Notes: generated by a model from the letters alone, not told the origin. A stretch of 64,000 nucleotides of DNA from Octopus vulgaris (GCA_951406725.2 OX597832.1:47988001-48052000); one strand, 5' to 3'; numbered from the stretch's first letter, positions 51,959 through 63,951 are shown. Numbers and translations: made by a program.

Positions 51959-53176
51959 CTACAATAATTCAAAATGCTTAGAATGTTAAAATACAGTTTT
52001 GAAGAAAAGAAAAGAAAAAAAAAAGCAGTAAATTAAAAAAAAAAAAGACTCATTTTAGGACAAATAAGTAGAGCAGATAATACAGAGAATCATTCAAATT
52101 AAAAATCCATGTAATAAACAAATTTGGAAATGTACTCAAAAAAACATAACAGAATCCAAGCAGACTGGTGATGGTCTGCATCAGTAAGGCTTGTATCACT
52201 TGGGGAAAAAGCAATTGCTGTAGGGACGGAGGGAGGGAGTGGAGTGGAGTCAGTATCCACCAGTTCAGACCATGCTTCTTCAGAGTAAAACTGAAAGGAG
52301 AGAAGAACATTAAGGATGTAAAACCTGGCTGGTTATCTTATTTTCCTCCTGTCAACTTTATCCTTGAGAAGGGATTTGATTGAAACATCAGATATGCCTC
52401 TCCCCACAGCAATTTCACCGAACGCTCCGTTGCTTTTCCCCAAATAATATTAATATGTACCATGTAATTTGCATGGGCTCTGAAATCCTATCATAATGAA
52501 AGTGAAAAAAAAAAAAATTCTGTGTATAATACACACTTATTTTCTTATATTCATGGTATATGCATATAGAAAAGTTTGGTATAATTTAAAACAATAGTAA
52601 TGTTCACATATTTAAAATTAATTGCAAATTCATAAAGGGATCTTTATTGATGCAGGCTGTAGAAATTAACTTTTGAATCGTGAAAATCCGATCAGTGTAA
52701 AAGGGCATAAAAACACTTGCATTTAAATAGTTTCTTTGTTGAATACTTTCTTTTAATAGAAAGATGTTTTATATACAGCCATGCAGGCCAGAAATTGTGG
52801 TCTTGGGTTCAGTTGCTTGGGTTCAGTGGCACCTTGGGCAAGTGTGTTCTACTATAGTCACAGGCTAACCACACAGCCTTGTAAGTGGATTTGGTAGATG
52901 GAAACTAAAAGAAGCCCATATGTGTGTGTGTGTGTGTCTGAGTGAGTACCCTTGTCAAGGTATTGCGTGATGATTACAATGAGCATCACCATCATAAATA
53001 CAATTTTTGATTTAAAAAAAAAAAAAAAAATGGTGTCTAGCAACAAGCAAGTATAACCTTTCTTGAAGACAGAGGGTTGGTAGCAAAGTGCACCTGGCTA
53101 TAGAAAATCTGCCTTGGCAAATTCTGTATGACTTATGCAAAACTGGAACGGAGGACTCAAACTTTATACATATATA

Positions 53177-53485
53177 GGTGTGGCTGTGTGGTAAGAAGCT
53201 TGCTTCCCAACCACATGGTTCTGGGTTCAAGTCCCACTGTGTGGTACCTTTGGCATGTGTCTTCCACTATAGCATTGGGCCGACCAAAGCCTTGCGAGTG
53301 GATTTGGTTGACAGAAACTGAAAGAAGCCCATCATATTTGTGAGAACCGATGCTGGTGTGACTATGTCCCCGTAATTTAGCGGTTCGGCAAAAGAGACCG
53401 ATAGAATAAGTACAAAGTTTGATTTCTTCAACTAAAACCTTTCAAGGCTGTGCTCCAGTATGTCAGCAGTCAAATGACAAACAAT
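53177..53485 (+). mobile_element. SINE family A, diverged, intronic
   Basis: Head and tail motifs match the family. Confidence 0.8.
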
Positions 53486-56400
53486 TAAAAAAAATTAATA
53501 TATACACACACACACACACACAATGGCAGTTTGTAATTACAATATTCCAGAAACAAAAGTATGTCCCTGCTTATCTTCACGTTCTTATAATAATAATAGT
53601 ATTTATGTATTATTATCAATTATTCACATTATGCAGTTTTTTAAGTGGTATTTAAATGTGAAAAATTACAGCCTGGCCTTTTGTACTGAGGGCCTGGGAC
53701 GTGTACCTGTTAGTTGTACCAAATGTTAATTACATTAGCACTATCACAGAGGAGGAATGCAACATAACTGTTATTAATTGACTCTTCATTGCGCATCATG
53801 GTTGTCATGAATATGGCAACACACCTGATGGAGGCAAAGAAGGTATTAACAGATCTCGCATACGATATGTACAGCTGATATTTATAACTTTAAAAATCCA
53901 AAGGAAAAGTGTGTATTATACATGAATAAATGATAGATAAGAGGGGAGGGAGGTCAGGAATTCCCTTTATTATTTTTTAAAAATGGTATTTGAAGGTCAA
54001 AAGTCAGACCAAAATGAAAGCAGTCAATAGATAAAATCAGCACAAATGATCATTTCTAAAATAAATTTTATAAAAAGAGGTTTGCCATTACGATATTTTA
54101 AAATAGGATGAAAAAAAAAAAGAGACCATTTTATAAGGTCCAGTGCTTAAATTTGATTCATGTTGTGACAAGTGTATAGGAGTGAATTTCCCAACTATAG
54201 GGACAGGGCAGAGTTTTAATGCAGATAACTTCATAGTGGCCCTTATCAGGGGTTAAGCAAAAAGGTGAAATAAGGTCAAACGATTCTTTAAAAAAAAAAA
54301 TTAAAGAAAAAAAACAAAAACCCCAGCTAAACTCTAGTAGTGAAGATGCACCTGAAGGAAAAATAAATCATTTAATAAGCTTCTAACATGATTTCCACGC
54401 ACGCTTATCACTTAGGAGTTAACTTTCAGAGGAAAATCCATTCATGCAGGTGTGTTCTATCTGTTTAGACAAGGTAAATAACATCTGCTCTATTTGGGGA
54501 ATTTTTAGTGTTTCTTTCTAATGTAGGCAAGAAGGCTTGAAATTTGGAGAAGGGGACAAGTCGATCACATTGACACCAGTGCTTAACTGGTACTTGTTTT
54601 ATCAAACCTGAAAGGATGAAAGGCAAAGTTGACCTCCGAAGCAGTTGAACACAATGTGAAGATGCCAGAAAAGAGGTCACTAAGAAGTTTGTCCAGTATA
54701 GTAAACAATTCTGCCAGCTTGCCACCTCATTCCCAGTAATATAAAAGCCTTTGTTGAAAGTTTAAAACACTATTTTTTTTTTCTTTTACTTTTCTTCAAA
54801 AGTACTTTTTGTAGTTTTTTTTTTTTTTTGAATTTCGAACTCCCAACTTTCAGCTTGTGGAAAAACTGCAAGGATAATAACCAAACTTTCTAACAAAAAC
54901 AACAATCAAAACAGTTCTAGTCTTGGCAATGCAACCCTTACCCCCCTAACCAACAGTAACAATTTAGCAGGCATCATATTCCATATTTAGGGAACTGCTG
55001 GTCTCAAAAGACAAAAAAAAAAATAAAGAGTAAAAAAAAAGAGGGAGCCAACAAACAAAATTATCAGTATTTAGGAATGCCTGATAAATACCTAAATTTA
55101 GAATTTAAAAAAAAAGCAAGCTTTAGCATGTATGTAAACTAAAATACAAAGGAGCACTCAATACGAATCTCCTACTCCAAAACGGGGGAGTAAAAACAAG
55201 TCTAAATTAACAATATAGTAAGCCTACCCCCAAATCATTCATTTATAGAACAACGACCACCATCTCACAAATACACACTTAGAAAGAAATTGCCTAGATT
55301 TTAATATACTCCCTGGAGAACTTAAATACTGATGGCCTGTTTGGTGACAAAGAATTTGAAATATAACCATATATTATATTTCAAATTATATACTAATAAA
55401 TGACGTTACTTTCAGAAGATGCGTATCTGCTGCGTAGAGTATGTATGTCTGCAAAAGCATGCAAGAGAAGAAACAGACTGAAAAGAGCTACAATGACCAA
55501 TCGCAAGAAAGTGACTTAGCGAGCAGCTGAATGGGAAGGAACACAGACAAAGTGAAGTCAATGAAGGGGACGTTTATAAAGATAAATTTAGAAAAGAAAT
55601 AAAAACAAGAAGTCCTACCAACGTACCCATTAAATATTTTTAGAAACAAAAGTAAAAACAAACCAATCTGAATATCAGCTTCCAAAATTCTATAACAAAT
55701 TGAAACAATTTATATATATATATATGTATATAATTTAAATTACTAACACCAATTTTGAAAGACTTGTTAAATATTTTTTCTTCCTACAATAATTAATTTT
55801 TCTCTTCGTCAGGAAAGAAAAGGGAAATTTAAGCCAAGTCTATTTTTCATATAACCATCAATTTAATTTAATATTTATCAGAGTACGACAGCATCAATTT
55901 TATGTGATGTAATATTTCTCCATTGGTTATGGCTGTCGAGAGATATTAGAACGGAGCAAGTTGGATGTTCTTGAAGAATATTGCCATATTAACAACCATT
56001 AGGTAAATCTAAAAGTAAAAAAAAAAAAAAAAAAAAAAGCTGCCATACAGGGGCTGAATGAAGATATTTTTTTTCCCCGTTTTTTTTTTTTTTTTTTAAT
56101 TATGATAATAGTGAAGCAGGGAGAAGTGATACACATTTTTGCTTGGAAAGAAACCAAATTGAGATAGAAAAAAAAAAAAAAAAAGTCAGAACAAGATGAA
56201 CTTAATGACACTTAGAAAATAAAATAAAAAGAAAAACAGAAAAATTAAAATTAAAAATATATATATATATGTGTATGGGATTATCACAGTCTTGAACAGA
56301 TGATGTTGGTTCAACAACCAAGATAGAAAATATGAATGGAGGGAATAAATTGCACAAAATTTCAATTCCTGTAAGAGATGACATATCCATTTGAGAGGAG

Positions 56401-56659
56401 GGGGAGCCAGTATAGAGCACAACCAAGAGTGAAACAACAACATTATGCCTGAGCTAAACAAGTGTATATAAACCATGGAATGTTTTCTCCCCCACCTCAT
56501 TTTTTCATCAGCAAACAATATTCTTATGAATTTTTCAATTTTACACAGATAGCATCAAGACTTCATCTACTGCCTTAAATTCTCAGACAGGGTGTGAAAG
56601 AGTGAGATAAGGAGGGCAAGGGAGAAACAGACCCTGTACCCCATCCCAAAGAAAAGGTG

Positions 56660-56700
56660 TAAAAAAAAAAAAAAAAAAAAGTATGTGCGTGAATTTTATT
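56660..56700 (-). terminator. Putative poly(A) signal of the GMPFVR short isoform
   Basis: AATAAA at 56700-56695 (minus), CA dinucleotides 10-20 nt downstream, then a 20-nt U run. Confidence 0.4.
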
Positions 56701-56870
56701 TGTTGGATTAAAAGGAACCCACGGTTCCACGTGGAAGAGGTCTCCACAATTGTTTAAGCTCACCAGGTCAAGACCATGGTGAAATGTACCAGGATCACAG
56801 TGTGGTGTGATTGAACAATTGTGAAGACCTCTACTGCATGGAACAGTTGGTTGCCTTGTTAATCCACAAA
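56699..56870 (-). repeat. Imperfect inverted repeat (arms about 65 nt), long RNA hairpin
   Basis: 56699-56765 is near reverse-complementary to 56803-56870 (e.g. agaggtctccacaattgttt / gaacaattgtgaagacctct). Confidence 0.85.
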
Positions 56871-57088
56871 TGGAGAATATTTATCTGCTAATGCGGTGTT
56901 GTGTATGATACTAGCTTGTGTGTATGTATGTATGTGTGTGTGTGTATATATATATATATATACACACACATTTTCACACACATATATAAATTAAATAAAG
57001 CAATAGCAAATAGTCACAAACTAGGGGGAAGTCCCCCAAAGATTTAAAATAAAAATATTTAAAGAACCAATAAATATACAATCTTCAA

Positions 57089-57360
57089 CTATCTGACAAA
57101 AGGCATACCAGTTTGAGTTTGATCAATAGTAGGATATTCCAAAATTGCAGTGTGTGCTGCCAGTGCATATGGATATTCATAGGGGTTGTACATCAGGTTG
57201 GGATCTGGCGGAGAAACGAGGGGTGGCGGTGCCCCATTTAGTATGCCTGTACTTGTGGCGACTGAAGGTAGGCGAGGTGCCAGGATGATTTGACCACCGC
57301 TAGGGTTAGCGGCACGCAGCTGTGGAATGGTCAACGGAGGAGCACACATTCGAGGAGCTT
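57089..57360 (-). CDS. QKI: Quaking homolog Pro/Tyr-rich exon (APRMCAPP...LMYNPYEYPYALAAHTAILEYPTIDQTQT). Internal donor after 57109, or read-through to a short tail GMPFVR*
   Basis: Acceptor tttcctttcag at 57362-57361. YNPYEYPY..ILEYP matches the QKI Tyr-rich tail (YTPYEYPY..ILEYP). Donor G|GTATGC at 57108; TAG ends at 57089. Confidence 0.93.
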
Positions 57361-58450
57361 CTGAAAGGAAAGTATTTAAGTTATATTCCAAGTTTCCTAA
57401 AAAGTTCAAAGAAACAGAAAAAATTATAAGAAAGAACCACAAAAAAAAAAAACAAAAAAAAGAAAATAATGCAACATATGAAATGAAAAAAGATAAATAC
57501 AAATTTAAGACTAATTAAATTCTTTAGTGATTATAGTTTTAAATGGACAATTACAATTGATATTACAAATTAAGACAAAGTTTATTAATTAAGAGTTATG
57601 ACAAAAATATTCAGATTTTAGATGTTTTTTTTAAAATTAAAATACTAACATTTTTTTTATTAAAAAAAGTTTTTTTTTTTTTAAAAAAGCTACAAATTTA
57701 AAACATTAAAATGCAGAATAAAGAAAATTAGACCAACAGCCATTGCTGGGAGAAAGGAGCACTGGATGAATTTTAAAAACATTTTAATGGAAAAACTAGG
57801 TGTTAATAAAAAATCCCTAGTTTAGAGCATTCAAGGGCCATGATTTAGTAAAATGTTACACACACGCACGCACACACAGAAATACATTTGTATAAGTAAG
57901 TTATGTTTTAGCTTTCAAATAGTTTAAGTTGAATTTATTATGAGTAAACCATTTTTTTGTTTTTCAAAACTGTATGAGTAAAAACTAATCTTTTTTAATA
58001 AGTATCAGTCAACTTCTTCAATTTGGTTTTTTGGTCAGCATCAAGGGTAAGGTCTTGAAGGGCCAAATACAACAGTACCAAAAAAAAGGTGAGAAATTTT
58101 ACATTTTTGTGGGGTGGGGTTAAATAACAACCAAATGAGGTAACAATTGTATTTATTTCTCTGTCCTTGAAAATCGAATAACCAACAACTGCTTCAGACA
58201 TACAAGATGAAAATTCTTTTATATTAAATCAACTTTTAAAGCAGAGATATAGCAAATACAAATACTGTACATATATACAACTAAACCGTTACCTTAGCAC
58301 CCAATTATACAATTTCCTTGTTACAGTCTATAGGGAGTACAAAATAACTAGATCCCTAAGGTCAGAGGAAAGGAAAAAAGATTTTTTTTAGAGAATGGCC
58401 TTGAGGGTCATGCTAATATTAAAGACGTGAGAAAAGAAAAGGGTTCTTAC

Positions 58451-58567
58451 CCGGAAATTTGGAAGCTATCACCTGATCAAAGGAGGAGAGCTGGTTGCCA
58501 ACAACCAGGGGGCAGCCCGCACTCGGGATATTCAAACCGCTGAGGCCACTTCCATCGGCAGACATAT
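58451..58567 (-). CDS. QKI: Candidate cassette exon of the Quaking homolog (HMSADGSGLSGLNIPSAGCPLVVGNQLSSFDQVIASKFP), 117 nt, phase 1 to 1
   Basis: GC-rich island in an AT-rich intron, open in the expected frame, length divisible by 3. Strong donor G|GTAAGA; acceptor CAG has a weak pyrimidine tract. Confidence 0.55.
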
Positions 58568-61500
58568 CTGATTGTTGATAGAGTGGATTCAAAGTCATAA
58601 AACTACTTTCAGATCATGTCTTTCTGGATTATACCGCCCCCCGCAAAAGAAGTCACAACAACAGATAGATACTACTTAAGAGTCTAAAAGAAAAAAAAAG
58701 AAAAAAAAAATCTAGCTAGCCCGTGTAGCACTTCCCGCCCAGCTAAAGTCATTTTGTCTTTCCTTCCTAGTGGGTGGGAGGTACCAACTTGAAATAGAAT
58801 TCATAAATTCAAAATGATGGTAAACAAAAAAAAAATTTTTTAATTATGTTTGGTAAATGCCACAAAGAGCAATGTCTACAGGCATCTTTTGATAAATGAC
58901 CCCTACACCCGAAAACTAAAAACGCAACCAAAAATTAAAGCCCTTTTTTTTTTTTCAAAAAATGTAAACAATAATTTGGTTTAAAATAAACTGAGTCACG
59001 CAGCTCCTTTATCCCAGCTATAAATCAAATAAATAAATAAATAAAATAAAAGCACAGTTAAAACAACTTAGAAACTACATGCTAAAACTGAAGTGCAAAA
59101 AAAAAAAATAAAAAAAAAAAAAACTACCCAATAATTTAAATGTAAGGCTTAAAAAAAAAAAAAAATCCCACTAACTCCCTATTTTACAAAGACAAACAAA
59201 ACAAAGAAAGCATGCTAATTCATAAAATAGAGCAATTTAAAATATAACATTCCCGTCTATGGACCTTAGTCTTAACTATCATCGGTCAGTAACTGAATGA
59301 GAGATATAATAGATAGCACCTTTGGGGGGGGGGGCTGAATAATTTTCCTCTTCAGGGAAAGTTTCCATTTGTGAAGACCCTTACTATATGTAACACAGTC
59401 ACTATGTCTTTATCTTAAAATGTAAGATCTTCGTGTAAAAAACCTCAACAGCAGTCCCTTCTAGTCTTTGCTTATGGGCCAAAATAAAAACTTCCTGCAC
59501 TGTCCATTTGGGCTTGAGGTTGCTTTGAACCAGTGGTTCTCAACCATTTTAAAAATCTTTTTTGCCTATGGACTCATTTTTAAAATTAAATATTAGTAAA
59601 TGCATAAAAAAATTGTTAAAATATTTGTGCAACAAATTGGTTATATGCTTCTACAAAACACAAAATATTTTAACAGCAAAATCTTATATGGGACCCAGTT
59701 TGAAAAGCACTGCTTTTAAACTATTCAGTCAATGTCTAACGACATTAGGAGCTAGCAAAAGTTTTCATTTAACATATAGCACATTATAACTTGCATAAAA
59801 ATACATCATTATATCTCAGCTGTCAAAACTAAATATATGCTGTTCGTGATATTAATGTCATTAATTATTAAAATTACTGAATGTTACAATTAATCTTCAG
59901 AAAAACAATAGAAAATCATAATCATTTTTTTTTTGTTCCTTTTTAAATCATTTCATTTCAATTGGAAGAAATTTCAGCTGCTTGCTGTTTTAAATTTTCA
60001 TTTGGAAAACTTCCTTGAAGAAACAAAGAAACAAAGCCATTTCATGGGATGAAAAGTCTATAGTCAACAGCTTGTAGAGTTGAGAGACCTTGGAATTCAG
60101 CAAAACAGGAAAGGAGGAGGAAGGAGAAGAAAAGTAGAGACTAAGAGGAGTTCATGTAAATGTTAAAAACCCTTAAAAGAAAATGCTAAGGGGAAAAACA
60201 ACATAGGAATAAGTAGGGAATAAATGTGACGAGAGATTGGAAAGCAAGTTTATAGGAAATAAAATTTAGCCAGTCCTGCTGCCTATTTGCAAGGCCATTA
60301 TATGGCAAGAGAAAAAACCGAAGAAACAGGAGAGACTATCAAAGAATGAATTGATCTTAGAATCTGCTTATTATTTTCCATATAGCGCACACACACACAC
60401 ACACACTAAAGAATTAATCGGCCCCTCCACAAACGAAATATCTCCATAAGGAAGCATACTTGTAGATTCAACAAATAAACAATGGAGAGGAAAAGGCCGA
60501 AAAATCCCTAATGAATTTCAAGGATTTTAATATTGCTTTCAAATTTTGGCACAAAGCCAGCCATTGCAGGGCAGGGGGTAAAGTTGATTAACATTGACCC
60601 CAGTAACTCAACTGGTACTTATTTTATCAACCCTGAAAAAAATGAAAGGCAAAGTTAACCTTGGCAAAATTTGAACTCAGAACAGGTAACAGTTCTGCCA
60701 GCTCACCCCCTTAAGAATTAAATATTAATCATTAAACTTGTTAAGCACCCATTTATTCGTCCTTAGACCTGGTAGTAAGTAGCTACCATTTTATATAAAA
60801 TCATTTTAATGTCCACTTTTCCATGCTTGCACGAGTTACACAAAATTCATTGAGGCAGATTTTCTCAGCTGGTTGTCCTTGCATCCAGACCTTGCTCGTT
60901 TCCAAGCAATGTAATATTTTCCCATGGGGCCTGACATATGTCCATGTCAGATTAGAAACTAAGGACACTGCTTACATGACAGTGTCACTCGTAACTATTG
61001 CTCGATGCCAAGAACTCCACTCACACACATACACACAAGGCTTCTTTTAGTTTCCATTTATCAAAATCTACAAAGATCTGATCATCCTAGGGCTATAATG
61101 GAAGACACTTGCCCAGGTACTGCACAGTGGTTCTGAACCTAAATTATGTCAGTAGGAAGCAGACTGCTTGACTACACAATCATATCTGTACCCATCTTAC
61201 TGGGAGATATTCTCATTGGGTTAATCCTAAAATCATCTTCACAGCAACACATGAAACCATGTGATCCGACAATTATTCAATTCAGCTATACAAATCAAAT
61301 GGATTTCAATACTGATGTAAAGCATTTATTTTCACATTTCCACTACTTGTTAATGAGGAAAACAAAGTTCATCTATTGCAAAATGGCAATTTTGCAATTA
61401 CTCTAACCATCAGTTTTCACTCATCTAAATTTAAAATAATTCACTCTTAGCTTTACTAATGAAAACTTCAAGTTTTCTTGCTTATGTCTTAAAAATAACT

Positions 61501-61866
61501 CTAAGATGTTTTATACAGTAATTTTTGCAAATTCAGTCACTATTTATGGCAGATTCCTTGACCATTGCTGTCAGTACATATAACAAAAACCATCCAAGGC
61601 AAATTTTTGAAATATTAAGCTTAAAGAAACCCTAATTAAATTTTTCATTATAAAATGACAAAGAAAACCAGACGATTTTATTTTACGAAAAAAATCTAAC
61701 ATCAAATTAAAACCCTTTGGGGAGGGGTGAAACCAAAAAAAAAAAAAAAGACCCGAACTATTATTATTAACCTGGAATTGGTTTCGAAACGATTTAAAAC
61801 CCTCAATACTACACCTGAAGTGATTGATTACTGAATGTTACCCGATTAATTAGGTTTAATTGAAGG

Positions 61867-61897
<31 letters not shown>

Positions 61898-62584
61898 AAA
61901 GAACAATCATGTTTTTAGCATGCAAGCAAACCTGTGGTTGGATTAGAAACACAGTATTTAAAAAAAAAAACTGCAACTAAATGCACAAGACAGATTTTAA
62001 TAGTCTATCAGAACTATAAAGCCAGCCAGAGAAGGCTATTGGTTGTTGGATGAGGCAACTCCAAGACATAACACATGCGATAACAGGGCTCCCATGCAGA
62101 TTAAATTATCACAGATTTAGGTTTAAGCTTATATATACTAAGCAATTTCAACTCCCCACCATTCCCCAAATTCAAAAAGATCAAATTGTTCTAAGCAATT
62201 CATAAAAGATTGTCATCGCATCTGTTCCACTGAGAACATCTCTACAGGTAAAAATTCAGGTAAAAAAAAAAAAGTCAAATCAAAAAACAAAAACAAATCA
62301 AATTCAAAGAGCAAAAAATCAACCTAGAAATGAAAAAGAGCAGTGGGGGGAAGAAAAGGGGGCCAGGAATAATGACAATGTTTCGAGGCAATAAGACTGG
62401 CAAGGAGGAGCCCAAGGAGAGTGAAAAAAGGGGAATTGAAGAAGGGGTCGGAAGAGAGAGAGAGGAAAAAAAAAAAAAAGAGTTGCAGGCTAAGATAAGA
62501 GGGCAGGTGCAGCTAGAGTGAATTCTAAGCTGTCAGAAAAACCATGACACACAGCTGAAACTGCACGGCACTTCCCAAACTTAC

Positions 62585-62699
62585 GGGTGGAGGAAGGTTG
62601 TGCTGCAGAGGCGGATGGTTTAGAAGTGTCACGATATGTGCCGTTAATGATAGCTAGCTCCATGAGTTGTCGTTTCTTTAAGTCATCCTCTCCTTCGGG
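62585..62699 (-). CDS. QKI: Quaking/How homolog, QUA2 exon copy B (PEGEDDLKKRQLMELAIINGTYRDTSKPSASAAQPSST), 115 nt, phase 0 to 1
   Basis: Inside ORF 62490..62738. Acceptor ctttttcag, donor C|GTAAGTTTG. QUA2 motif as in Drosophila How (KKRQLMELAIINGTYRD). Confidence 0.93.
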
Positions 62700-62784
62700 C
62701 TGAAAAAGGATCACAAGGAACACAGTTGTAAAGAACATGACTTAATAGAGTATGTACACAGCATGCACTATTTAGCAAACTTAC

Positions 62785-62881
62785 GATGGATGGATGAACC
62801 AGTTTTGAAATCCCGGTAAGTTCCATTTAAGATAGCAAGCTCCATTAATTGCATTTTCTTGAGTTCATCCTCCCCCTCAGG
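62785..62881 (-). CDS. QKI: Quaking/How homolog, QUA2 exon copy A ([32 protein letters not shown]), 97 nt, phase 0 to 1
   Basis: Not in the ORF track; translated by hand. Acceptor ttttctttcag (AG at 62883-62882), donor C|GTAAGTTTG (GT at 62784-62783). Peptide matches the STAR QUA2 motif as in vertebrate QKI ([17 protein letters not shown]). Confidence 0.9.
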
Positions 62882-62911
62882 CTGAAAGAAAACAAATGGG
62901 GTGCAGGGGTG

Positions 62912-62935
62912 ATTAGAAGCGAAGAACAATTAGTA
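62912..62935 (-). promoter_or_regulatory. Bipartite Quaking response element (TACTAAT-N13-TAAT) at the branch-point region of QUA2 exon A
   Basis: Minus strand reads tactaattgttcttcgcttctaat, matching NACUAAY-N(1-20)-UAAY, about 30-55 nt upstream of the exon. Confidence 0.55.
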
Positions 62936-63308
62936 AGTGGAGTGGGGGATGGGTGGGAAAGTAGGGCAGCATTGCAAGAAACTAAGAATACAAAGGCTAC
63001 AGCTAGGGCTCGATGGAAGCAGATGACATCAGCCTCTCACTAACTTCTCTAGCACAGAAACATTCCACACTACATCTAAAGTTACGACTATCATCAGTAT
63101 TGGTGGGGGTGGTGGTAAGAAAGAACTTTGGGGAGAAATACACAGGGGGTAACATCGTGATTCTTTGGGGGCAGGGGCACGGTTTTGATAAAAACTGGAC
63201 AGTCTAAATTTTTAGTATTAAGCTATATTAAATATTCTGTAAATAAATATATAAAAATTGAAGACCAGTGAAATGGAAAGGGGGGAAAAGAAAAAAAGAA
63301 AAAATATA

Positions 63309-63696
63309 GGCGTGGCCGTGTGGTAAATAGCTTGTTTACCAACCACATGATTCCGGGTTCAGTCCCACTGCGTGGCACCTTGGGCAAGTGTCTTCTACTA
63401 TAGCCTTGGGCCGACCAAAGCCTTGTGAGTGGATTTGGTAGACGGAAACTGAAAGAAGCCTGTCGTATATATGTATGTGTGTGTATATGTTTGTGTTTGT
63501 CCCCCTAGCATTGCTTGACAACTGATGGTGGTGTGTTTATGTCCCTGTCACTTAGCAGTTCGGCAAAAGAGACCGACAGAATAAGGACTGGGCTTACAAA
63601 AGAATAAGTCCCGGGGTCGAGTTGCTCGATTAAAGGCAGTGCTCCAGCATGGCCACAGTCAAATGACTGAAAGAAGTAAAAGAGTAAAAGAGAGAG
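63309..63696 (+). mobile_element. SINE family A, intronic, upstream of the QUA2 exons in transcript orientation
   Basis: Near-identical to 4130-4547. Confidence 0.9.
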
Positions 63697-63774
63697 TACC
63701 CAAGGAGAGTTTTCCCCGTTAGAACAAAACCCCCAGTGCAATTTGTAAAGCCCCACTCACTTTTATGAAGTGTT

Positions 63775-63951
63775 TAACCCTTGTTTTGAATTAATCATGC
63801 ATCATCTTGTAGTTTAGATATTTCAATTATGTGATTGCTTAGTTTCAGAATGACATTGTAGGGCTGAGGTGAGAGGCCAGATCTGGCCAGTTTCAACATG
63901 AAACAGGTTAAATATTTTGGCATATGGTTGGTTTGAATGCTAAAGGGTTAA
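63775..63951. mobile_element. piggyBac-type MITE; relatives at about 34202-34410, 47965-48172 and 48293-48505
   Basis: ttaaccct...tgaatgctaaagggttaa termini and shared internal sequence. Confidence 0.6.

Noticed and set aside
62490-62584. LEFTLAA after exon B resembling human QKI LAFSLAA
   Set aside because: The nearby AG gives the wrong phase and an intron of only about 55 nt; read-through hits a stop. Probably coincidence.
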